A stretch of DNA of 64,000 bases, taken from contig CAVUAH010000012.1 in NCBI GenBank assembly GCA_963739405.1, forward strand, positions 48,937 through 112,936. Reading direction: 5' to 3'. The stretch is from an uncultured Actinomycetes bacterium. GTDB lineage: Bacteria > Actinomycetota > Thermoleophilia > Gaiellales > Gaiellaceae. The translations under genes were made by a program, and so were the position numbers. The notes beneath the pieces were generated by a model that was given only the letters and a program-made list of their open reading frames with translations, was not told where the DNA came from and ran no database searches. Below, one piece after another: positions 42,066-50,521 of this stretch. Every line of letters begins with the position of its first letter. The first letter of the stretch is position 1.

Positions 42066-42730
42066 GCACGCGTCCACCAGTGTCCGACTTCAGTCGGACA
42101 CCTGACGCCCGCCGCCGGCCCAACGAGGTGGTGTCCGACTCGAAGTCGGACACCAGCGGCGAGAAGCGGTACTACATGGCCTGCCTCGACCTCGAGGGCC
42201 GCGACGTCCTCGTCGTCGGAGCCGGGTCGGTCGCCTACGAGAAGATCGAGGGGCTCCTCGAGGTCGGTGCCGGGGTCACCGTCGTCGCACCCGACGTCTC
42301 CGAGCCCGTCGAGACGCTCGCGCGTGGACGACGCGTCGCATTGATCCGCGGCGTCTACCGCGCGCGGGACCTCGACGGCCGCTTCCTCGTCGTCGCTGCG
42401 ACATCGACCACCTCGGTGAACGAGCGCATCTTCGCCGACGCCGACGCGCGCGGGATGCTCTGCAACGTCGTCGACGTGCCCGAGCTCTGCAGCTTCATCC
42501 TCCCGGCAGTCCACCGCGCAGACCCGATCGCCGTCGCGATCTCGACCGGCGGCGCCTCGCCGGCGCTCGCACAGCGGCTGCGTGACGACATCGCCCGGCT
42601 GATCACACGAGAGCACACGGGCCTCGCGCGGGAGCTCCGCGACCTGCGTCCGTGGGCGAAGGCGCATCTGCCGACGTACGAGGCGCGCCGCGATTTCTTT
42701 CGCGAGCTCGTCGAGGAGCGGCTCGGATGA
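42062..42730 (+). CDS. Precorrin-2 dehydrogenase/ferrochelatase (CysG N-terminal, SirC/Met8-like)
   Basis: LVVGAGSVAYEK, CNVVDVPELCSFILP, AISTGGASPALA. Confidence 0.9.
   Translation: MSTRPPVSDFSRTPDARRRPNEVVSDSKSDTSGEKRYYMACLDLEGRDVLVVGAGSVAYEKIEGLLEVGAGVTVVAPDVSEPVETLARGRRVALIRGVYRARDLDGRFLVVAATSTTSVNERIFADADARGMLCNVVDVPELCSFILPAVHRADPIAVAISTGGASPALAQRLRDDIARLITREHTGLARELRDLRPWAKAHLPTYEARRDFFRELVEERLG
42080..42155. repeat. Two REP-like palindromes in the 5' end of the siroheme gene
   Basis: GTGTCCGACTTCAGTCGGACAC (42080-42101) and TGGTGTCCGACTCGAAGTCGGACACCA (42129-42155). Confidence 0.88.
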
Positions 42731-43452
42731 CGGTGTCGCTCGTCGGCGCCGGTCCCGGCGACCCGGGGCTGATCACCGTCCGTGGTCTCGAGCGGCTGCG
42801 CGCGTGCGACGCCGTGGTCTACGACCGGCTCGTCGCCCCCGAGCTCGTCGACGAGGCACCGGCCGACGCACTCCGGATCTCACGGGACGGGCTCTCGCAG
42901 GGCCAGGTCGACGAGCTGCTCGTGCAGCTCGGACACCAGGGCCTCGAGGTCGTCCGCCTCAAGGGCGGCGATCCGTTCGTCTTCGGTCGGGGTGGGGAGG
43001 AGGCGCTCGCGCTCGCCGAGGCGGGCATCTCGTTCGAGGTCGTGCCCGGCATCTCGTCGCTCGCGGCGGTGCCCGCCGCTGCGGGCATCCCGGTGACGCA
43101 CCGCGGCGTCTCCGACACCGTGACGATCGCGACCGGCCATGCCGCCGACGGCTCTCCGCCCGACTACGCGTCGCTGGCGCGCGCCGGCGGGACGCTCGTG
43201 CTCTTCATGGGGCTCGCGCGTCTCGGCGAGCTGGCCGAAGGCCTCGTGCGCGAGGGCATGGCGGCCGACACGCCCGCGGCCGTCGTCTCGCGCGGCACGC
43301 TCCCCGATCAGGAGGTCGTCACCGAGACGCTCGGTGGAATCGCCGACGCCGCGCGCGGCCTGCCCGGGCCCGCGCTCGTCGTCATCGGCGACGTGGTCGG
43401 GCTCGCGGAGCGGCTCCGTCGCCGCAGCCGGTCGATCGCCGCTGTGGCCTAG
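42727..43452 (+). CDS. cobA: Uroporphyrinogen-III C-methyltransferase
   Basis: [38 protein letters not shown]. Confidence 0.94.
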   Translation: MTVSLVGAGPGDPGLITVRGLERLRACDAVVYDRLVAPELVDEAPADALRISRDGLSQGQVDELLVQLGHQGLEVVRLKGGDPFVFGRGGEEALALAEAGISFEVVPGISSLAAVPAAAGIPVTHRGVSDTVTIATGHAADGSPPDYASLARAGGTLVLFMGLARLGELAEGLVREGMAADTPAAVVSRGTLPDQEVVTETLGGIADAARGLPGPALVVIGDVVGLAERLRRRSRSIAAVA

Positions 43453-44634
43453 AGAGGCCCGGCCTCGAGCACGCGCCTGATCCCGCGCACCGCCTGACGG
43501 ATCCGCTGCTCGTTCTCGACGAGCGCGAAGCGGACGTAGCCCTCGCCGCCCGGGCCGAAGCCGGCACCGGGCGAGACCGCCACCTTGCCCTCGCGCGCGA
43601 GGTGCTCGGCGAACGCGAGCGAGCCCATCGGCGCGAACGGCCCGGGCACGGGCGCCCACGCGAACATCGTCCCGCGCGGCCGCGGGAACGACCAGCCTGC
43701 GCGGTCGAGGCCGTCGCAGAGGGCGTCGCGCCGCGAGCGGTAGATCTCGCACACCTCGACCGGGGTGTCCGGCGCCTCGTTCATCGCGGTGATCGCGGCG
43801 ATCTGGATCGGCTGGAAGGTGCCGTAGTCGAGCCAGCTCTTGAGGCGCGCAAGGGCGCCGCAGACCTCGGCGTTGCCGACGAGGAACCCGACCCGCCAGC
43901 CCGGCCATCGAGAAGGACTTCGTCAGTGTGTAGAGCTCGACCGCGACGTCGCGTGCGCCGGGCACCTGCAGGATCGACGGCGGCTCGTGCCCGTCGAACG
44001 CGAGGTCGGCATAGGCGAAGTCGTGGACCACGAGCATCTCCCGCTCGCGTGCGAACGCGACCGCATGCTCCATGAAGTCGAGCTCGACCGTGGCCGTCGT
44101 CGGGTTGTGCGGGAACGAGAGGAGCAGCACGCGCGGGCGCGGCGAGGCGCGCGCGTACGCGTCGGCGAGGTTCGCGACGAGGTCCTCGTCGGGCGCCATC
44201 GCGACCTGGAAGACGCTCGCGCCGGCGAGGATCGGCGCGTGGATGTGGATCGGGTAGCTCGGCGCGGGCACGAGCGCCGCATCGCCGGGCTCGACGAGCG
44301 CCCACATCAGGTGGACGAGCCCCTCCTTGGCGCCCATCGTCGCGACGACCTCGGTCTCGGGATCCAGCTCGACGCCGAAGCGGCGGCGATAGAGGTCGGC
44401 GCAGGCCGCCCGCAGCTTCGGGATCCCGCGCGACGTCGAGTAGCGGTGGTTGTGCGGCTTGGACGCCGCCTCCTGGAGCTTCGCCACGGCGACCTCGGGC
44501 GAGGGGAGATCGGGGTTGCCGAAGCCGAGGTCGATCACGTCCTCGCCGGCTCGCCGCAGCTCGAGGGTGAGCTCGCGGATCACGGCGAACACGTACGGCG
44601 GCAGCCCGTCGAGCCGACGGAACGTGTGGGTCAT
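43449..44634 (-). CDS. PLP-dependent class I/II aminotransferase (AlaC-like; indel near 43900)
   Basis: [46 protein letters not shown]. Confidence 0.9.
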
Positions 44635-45308
44635 CCCTCCACCTCGAGCTCGAGCCGTCCGAGCCCGTCGACGTCCAGTGCTACGGGGCCGGGAGGGACG
44701 TCCGCGACGACGGCCGCCGGTGCGATGCAGGAGGTCGCCGACGCGGAGCCGCGTGTTCTCTCCGGCGAAGCGCCGCCCGGCTTCCCAGTCGACGCCGTCC
44801 GCGCGCGCCTCGACCGCCCACGCCCTTGCCCGTCACGCGGAGCGCGGGCGCCCGCGTCGCCTCGTCCAGGGTGGTGAACCACGGCCCGAGGACGATCGCG
44901 AAGTCCCGGTCCTTCGGTGGCCCGAGCGCCGGCGCCCGCAGCCGAGCGACGGGCGAGACGGCGACGACCGCGTCGGGGCCGACGAGCCCGGCGAGGCCGG
45001 CGTCGAGCGCGACGGCATTGCCGCCGGGACGGCGAGACGCGTGTGCCGGGCCCTCCGATCGCAGCAGGATTCGCGAACTCGAACGAGCCGCCTCCGTCGA
45101 ACACCCGGATCGACGGAGGCGACGGGAGCGGCGACAGGAGCTCCACCTCGGCGAGCGGGTAGCGCGCGTGCTCGCGGGCCGAGCCGCCTCCGGTGAACAG
45201 GTGCTGCAGGGTCTGGGCGGCGAGATGCACGACCTCGTGGTCATCCACGCGCCCGACCCAGCCCCGCTCCATCGGGGTCGCGATCGGGCGGAACATGCAG
45301 AGCCTCAT
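44631..45308 (-). CDS. Fumarylacetoacetate-hydrolase-like protein (indels)
   Basis: PSPPSIRVF, FANPAAIGGPG, KDRDFAIVLGPW, DVDGLGRLE. Confidence 0.6.
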   Translation of the reverse strand: MRLCMFRPIATPMERGWVGRVDDHEVVHLAAQTLQHLFTGGGSAREHARYPLAEVELLSPLPSPPSIRVFDGGGSFEFANPAAIGGPGTRVSPSRRQCRRARRRPRRARRPRRGRRRLARRSAAGAGARATEGPGLRDRPRAVVHHPGRGDAGARAPRDGQGRGRSRRARTASTGKPGGASPERTRGSASATSCIAPAAVVADVPPGPVALDVDGLGRLELEVEG

Positions 45309-45695
45309 GGCCCAAGCCTACGGGGCGGGAGCGGCCTTTCGAGCCCTTCTCGCCGTCCCACGTTCTCGGACTTGCCTAGGTGCTGCCCGCCGACAGGAGT
45401 ACGTTGGGGCGCAGGTCGGTCGAGCACGGGCGGTCTTCGATGTCACGACCCGGAGGTCATGGCGTCTCCCGCGGCGGCAACGGCGCTGGAGCGTCGGCGG
45501 CGGCAAGCCGTCGTCGTCCCCGAGACGGTGCGGGTCATATCGTCGCGCAGGTTGCTGCGGTGGGCGTGCTGGCCGCCGTTGCGGCCGCCGCGGTCGCTCG
45601 CGGACGGCCCCGTGCTCGCACACGACCTCCGATCGACCCTGCTCCGCCTCACCCCGCCGCGCGCTCTCGCCGCGGCAGCGACCGTCGGACTCATC

Positions 45696-47546
45696 ATGAC
45701 AGCCTGGTCACTCGGCAGCGGCGGACGCGGGGTGCGGCTGCGGTCGGCGACCGCCCGAGTTCCCGTGGTGCTCGTGCTCGGCGCTCTCGTCGTCGCGGCA
45801 GCGACGTTCAGGTTGTTGCTCGTCCGCGCGGCGACCGCGCCTCGCGTCCTCGGCGACGAGCTCGTCTACTCGGGGCTCGCGAAAGGCTTCGCGCTCGATG
45901 GCCTGCCGCACTTCCGCGGTGAGCTCGACCTCTCGCACAGCCTGGTCTACCCACTCGTCCTCAGCCCTCTCTATGCGCTCGCGTCCGACGGGGCTCGCGC
46001 GTTCGAGGTCGTCAAGGCCGTCGATGCGATTGTCGTCGCGAGCACGGCCGTTCCGGCGTATCTGCTGGCGCGCCGCGTCGCCGGCCGCGGGCTGTCTCTC
46101 GCCGTCGCAGGGCTCGTCGCGTTCGAGCCGTGGACGGCATATGCGTCTCTCGTGATGACCGAGTCGCTCTTCCTCCCGGCGTTCACGACCTTCGTCCTCC
46201 TGTTCGCGCTGATGATGGAGCGCCCTTCCCGAGGGCGGCAGCTTGCCGTGCTGTTCGGCCTCGTCGTCCTGGTGGGGATCCGGCCACAGGCATCTGTCCT
46301 CTTCCTCGCCGTGGCCGGCGGGATCGTCCTCCGCAGCATCCAGCTCCGGCCGGCGCGGGAGACGCTTCGTGCCTACCGCCTCGCGCTCGTCGCGCTCGGA
46401 GTCGTGGCGACCCTGGCGGTACTCGCGCTCGCCGCGGGCGCGGACATGCCAGGCGCCGGAGCCGGAGGCGTCGCGCGGTCTCTCCTCGATCCGCTCTCGC
46501 TCGTCAAGTGGTCGGTCTGGAACCTGGCCGTCTACGAGCTGGCCCTGGGCGTGGTGGCGCTGGCGCTGTTTCCGCTCACGCTCTGGAGCATGCTCGGCTC
46601 CGCCGTCGAGCGTGAACGGGCGACCGGCGTTGCGCTCGCGACGAGCGCTGCCGCGATCCTCCTCTCTCTTGCCGCCGTGTCGACGAGCGGGTTCGGGCTC
46701 GACATCCTCCACGAGCGGTACCTGTTCTCCGTGACGCCGCTCGTGCTCGCCGCTTTGGCGTATTGGCTCGAGCAGGGCCTCCCGTCGTCGCGCCGGGCGG
46801 CATGGATTGCCGCATTCACCACGGTCGCCGTCGCCGCGAGCCTGCCAGCCGACCAGGTGGCTCGGGCGAACAACGTCGACAGCCCGACCGCGGCCTGGAT
46901 CGATGATCTTCGCGCCGTGTCACCGTGGAGCTCCGTTCCGACTCGGCTGGTCGTCGTGGGGCTGGCCGCGGTCGGGGCCCTCGTTCTCCTCAGGTCGCGT
47001 AGCCGCGCCGGACCTCTCGTCGCCGCTGCGGTTGCGTTCGCCACGATCGTCTGCTGGCTGGACTACTCCGATCCGATCAGCCCGGAGCAGGACCGTCAGC
47101 TCGCGTGGGTCGACCGCTCTCTCCCGCGCGGCGCTCGAGCCGCGCTCCTCCACCTCGGCTACTCGCGGCCCGACCAACCTTGCGCGGAAGGGGCCGGTGT
47201 CGAGCAGCAGGGCCTCGTCGTCTGGACGGAGTTCTTCAACACGGGCATCGACCGTGTCTTCCACTTCGGCGAGCAGGTCGAGCGCGACAACCTCGACTCG
47301 CCACAGTTGCATGTCGGGGCGGGGGGCGTCGTCTTCCGGGGTGAGCAGCCGTTCGCTCCGAAATACGCCGTGCTCGACTCGCGCCAGCCGGTGGTCGGAA
47401 AGCGGCTCGCACGGTTCGACCTCTCCGCCATCGGCACCGTGTATCAGGAAGGTGCGTCGCTCACGTTGTGGGCGGTGGACCCGCCGCTGCGCTTCCTCCG
47501 CCACGCGCAGCCGCTGGCCCCGCGGGCGGACGGTCGCCAGTGCTGA
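45696..47546 (+). CDS. Polytopic membrane protein, GT-C/PMT-like glycosyltransferase candidate
   Basis: GDELVY acidic motif after TM1, MTESLFLP, HERY; many TM helices and a C-terminal soluble domain; start approximate. Confidence 0.7.
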   Translation: MTAWSLGSGGRGVRLRSATARVPVVLVLGALVVAAATFRLLLVRAATAPRVLGDELVYSGLAKGFALDGLPHFRGELDLSHSLVYPLVLSPLYALASDGARAFEVVKAVDAIVVASTAVPAYLLARRVAGRGLSLAVAGLVAFEPWTAYASLVMTESLFLPAFTTFVLLFALMMERPSRGRQLAVLFGLVVLVGIRPQASVLFLAVAGGIVLRSIQLRPARETLRAYRLALVALGVVATLAVLALAAGADMPGAGAGGVARSLLDPLSLVKWSVWNLAVYELALGVVALALFPLTLWSMLGSAVERERATGVALATSAAAILLSLAAVSTSGFGLDILHERYLFSVTPLVLAALAYWLEQGLPSSRRAAWIAAFTTVAVAASLPADQVARANNVDSPTAAWIDDLRAVSPWSSVPTRLVVVGLAAVGALVLLRSRSRAGPLVAAAVAFATIVCWLDYSDPISPEQDRQLAWVDRSLPRGARAALLHLGYSRPDQPCAEGAGVEQQGLVVWTEFFNTGIDRVFHFGEQVERDNLDSPQLHVGAGGVVFRGEQPFAPKYAVLDSRQPVVGKRLARFDLSAIGTVYQEGASLTLWAVDPPLRFLRHAQPLAPRADGRQC

Positions 47547-48886
47547 GCTCGTCTCCGCCCCCCGGATCGCCGGTAGCGCGGAACCACCACTCGTCCCGGA
47601 GCGCCCGCAGGAGGTCCGTGACGCGGCGCCAGTCGTGGGCCGCGGCCCAGGCGTCGAGCGCGACGGGCACGTCGCGTCCCAGGCGCTCGCGGAAGTACCA
47701 CGCGACGAGCTCGTCGTCGGCGGGAGTCGGTCGGTCGGACGGCAACGATGCGACCAGCCGGCGCTTGCGCTCGGCCCGGTCGGCGAGCGCCGGGAACGCC
47801 TCGTCGGAGCGCACCGCCAGCGCCACCTCGCCGGCGAGCGCGTCGCGGTGGGCGTCACGGGCCCAGCGCAGGATCGCCAGACGACGCGCGACATCGGCGA
47901 GGTCGTCCCGGTCGAGGTCTCGCTCCGCGAGCCACGCGTCGACGTCCTCCGGCTCGAGCAGGCCGCGTGCCCGGCGATCCTCCGTCAGGGCTGCCTGGTG
48001 CGCCCAGGGCGAGACGTCGACACCCGCCGCCGCGGCGGCGTTCCGCGCCAGCGCGGCGAGCAGTGCGGCATCCAGGAGCCGGCCGAAGCCGTCGGGATCG
48101 AGGCGCGCCTCGTCGAGCACCGACTCGAGCGTCGCGTCGGCTGTCCGGCCTGCCCTCCTGGCTCCCCGCGGCCTCGATCGAACGACGCGCGTCCTCCCAG
48201 TAGCGCGTCCGCTGCAGCGTCCATGCCGGCCGGAAGGCATCGAGCCCGCTCTCGAGGTCACGCCGGATCGCCTGCAGGAGCGCGATCGCGTCGTCGCGCT
48301 TGCGCTCGACCCTGCCGGTCGGCAGCCACGCACGGAGCCGCTCGTGCTCCTCGTCGTCGCGGGCGAGCGCGGCGACGAGCACGCGCTCGGCGTAGAAGGT
48401 CGCCTTGATCCGGGCCACCAGCGATTCGGCCGTCGTCGGGCGGATGACCCCGGCCGCGACGGCGGCGTCGAGCGTGGCTCGCACGTCGACCATCGCGTCG
48501 GAGAGCGCCCGGAACCCGTGCGCGGCGTCCGCGTGCGCCACCGCGACCTCGTCGTCGTCCTCGAGCGAGCCGTCGGCATACGCGCGGTAGACGTCCCCGA
48601 CCCCGCGCATCCCGAAGGCGTCGAGCTCGGCCGCCCTGAGCGCGCCCATGCTCGAGGCGCCGTAGACGTGCACGCCCTCGGAGAGCGCGAAGAGGATCTC
48701 CTTGTGCCACACGGCGGGCACCCGCTCGAACACGCCGTCCACCAGGCCGATGGCGCGCGGCCGTCGCAGCGCCGCCCGCAGGAGGTCGCCGTGCGCGGCG
48801 GGCGGCCGGTAGTCGGCGTCGAGCACCGCGCACGCCTCGTCAGCGGAGAGGGTCGGCCCGAGGAAGACGACGACCGGCGCCGTCAT
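47461..48886 (-). CDS. tfuA: TfuA-like protein with a long C-terminal extension (indel near 48145)
   Basis: VFLGPTL, PPAAHGDL, IGLVDGVF..PAVWHKEIL, GASSMGALRAAEL..FGMRGVG, DDDEVAV, KRDDA. Confidence 0.93.
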
Positions 48887-50109
48887 GGCGTCCGCACGGC
48901 GCGTCGCCGCGCACCGGGTATCGGCGGCGCGACCTTGTCGGTCCAGCCCTCGAGGCCGGGCACCACCACCCGGACCACGGGCACGCCGACGTCGGGCCGT
49001 GTGAGGTCGACGAGGATCACCTGCCGGATGCCGGCCGCTCGCAGCAGGTCGAGCTCGTGTGTCACGTCGGCGTCGACGCTCTCCCCTGGAACGTGCGCCA
49101 CGTCCTCGAACGAGCGTCCCGCGTCGAGGTCGAGCGAGGCGACGTGCGAGCCGATCGCCTGCGTGTCCTTGACTCGGCGGTAGAGGCTCGGAGGGCAGTC
49201 GTCGCGGCTGCCTGCGATCAGCGTCAGCCGGCTCTGCGCCGCCTCCGTGAGCGCGCGCGAGAGGGCGATGCCACGGTCGGGGTGCGAGCCGCCGCCGATC
49301 GCGGCCGGAAGCCGTCGCAGGCCGTCGCTGCGGCGATCGACGATCGTCGCGGAGAAGACGGGCAACCCGACGTCGGTGGTCAGGTCCGACGCGGCCACGC
49401 CGACCCCCGCGCGCTCGCACGTGTCGAGGAGCGCGCGGCAGCCCGGGTCGGTGATCGTGTCGAGGTCGATTCGCCGTGCGACGCGGTCGGCGGGCGTGCG
49501 CTCGTCCCACAGGGCGAACGCATCGCGCTCGACCACCTCGCAGAGCGCGTGGCTCACGGCTTCGAGGACATGGTTGCCGGCGGCGAGACCCGTGCCGTTG
49601 GCCAGGAAGCAGCCGGTGCCCTGCGGGCCGGGCGAGCGGAAGTCGAGGTGGACGCACTCGTACGGCACCCAGATGCGTCCGCCGCCGATGACGTCGGTGC
49701 CTTCGATCCAGAGAATCGAGAGATCGGGATGAAACCGCGACCACGACGGCCGCGGGAGCTGCTCGACGTCGACGACCTCGGCGACCTCGCGGAGCTCGCG
49801 ATAGGTCGCGAGCCGGAGTGGGAGCAGGATGTGCTCCGCATGCCAGCCCTCGAGCGCCTCCATGATCCCCGACACCTTGGCCGCGATCAGGTCGGCCCCC
49901 TTGCCCTGGGAGACGGAGAGCGACCGGCCGTTGGGACGACAGACCATCACGACCGGGATGCCCACGACGTCCAGGCCGGTGACCACGCCGACGCGCGTGA
50001 TCCCGACGCGCGGAAGGATCGGCAGCAGCCGGCGGAGCGTCTCCGCGGGCGGGACCGTGCGGTGGGTCCCGTCGAGGTGGAGCTTCTCGGCCGCCGCGAG
50101 CTGCGTCAC
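48883..50109 (-). CDS. YcaO-family protein, TfuA-associated (thioamide-forming type)
   Basis: GITRVGVVTGLD..GIPV, SVSQGKG..SGIMEALE, NGTGLAAGN..HALCEVVERDA, RALTEAAQSRLTLIAGSRDD, VRVVVPGLE. Confidence 0.95.
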   Translation of the reverse strand: MTQLAAAEKLHLDGTHRTVPPAETLRRLLPILPRVGITRVGVVTGLDVVGIPVVMVCRPNGRSLSVSQGKGADLIAAKVSGIMEALEGWHAEHILLPLRLATYRELREVAEVVDVEQLPRPSWSRFHPDLSILWIEGTDVIGGGRIWVPYECVHLDFRSPGPQGTGCFLANGTGLAAGNHVLEAVSHALCEVVERDAFALWDERTPADRVARRIDLDTITDPGCRALLDTCERAGVGVAASDLTTDVGLPVFSATIVDRRSDGLRRLPAAIGGGSHPDRGIALSRALTEAAQSRLTLIAGSRDDCPPSLYRRVKDTQAIGSHVASLDLDAGRSFEDVAHVPGESVDADVTHELDLLRAAGIRQVILVDLTRPDVGVPVVRVVVPGLEGWTDKVAPPIPGARRRAVRTP

Positions 50110-50137
50110 GGCGCGCGCCGCCTGCTTCGACGCCGAG

Positions 50138-50521
50138 CTACGACTGTCCGGTGGCCGGCGCCCCGCCCTCGGGCGTCGGCATGGCGACGGCGTCGGATGC
50201 CCCTTCGGGGGTCGGCATGTACACCGCCGTCTCCGGTCCGCCCTCCGGCGTCGGCATGCGGGCTGCGTCCGATTCGCCCTCTGGCGTGGGCATCCGGGCC
50301 GCGTCCGATTCGCCCTCGGGCGTCGGCATGCGGGCCGCGTCCGCCGCGCGGTGCACCGAGAAGGCGGGCAGGCGCGGCACGTTCGCGGCCACGTCGGCAC
50401 CGGCCTGGAGCGACTCGGGCACGTCCGAGACGGCGTACCCCGAGAGATCGGCGTGCGGGATGAAGTAGTGCGTGCCGTCCTCGCCCTTCAGCAACACACC
50501 CGGTGTTGGCTCTCCGCTCAC
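50138..50521 (-). CDS. Putative multi-core RiPP precursor (127 aa, 5x MPTPEG)
   Basis: AGGAGG RBS, then a GTG overlapping the upstream TGA; 64-aa N-terminal region followed by five MPTPEG units; stop 28 bp before the YcaO start. Confidence 0.85.
   Translation of the reverse strand: MSGEPTPGVLLKGEDGTHYFIPHADLSGYAVSDVPESLQAGADVAANVPRLPAFSVHRAADAARMPTPEGESDAARMPTPEGESDAARMPTPEGGPETAVYMPTPEGASDAVAMPTPEGGAPATGQS
50165..50329 (-). repeat. Five coding repeats with 36-39 bp period
   Basis: ATGCCGACGCCCGAGGGC, ATGCCCACGCCAGAGGGC, ATGCCGACGCCGGAGGGC, ATGCCGACCCCCGAAGGG, ATGCCGACGCCCGAGGGC. Confidence 0.95.

Noticed and set aside
50165-50329. Regularly spaced ~18-bp repeats as a CRISPR array
   Set aside because: Period is a multiple of 3, variation is synonymous, spacers resemble each other, and no cas genes are present.
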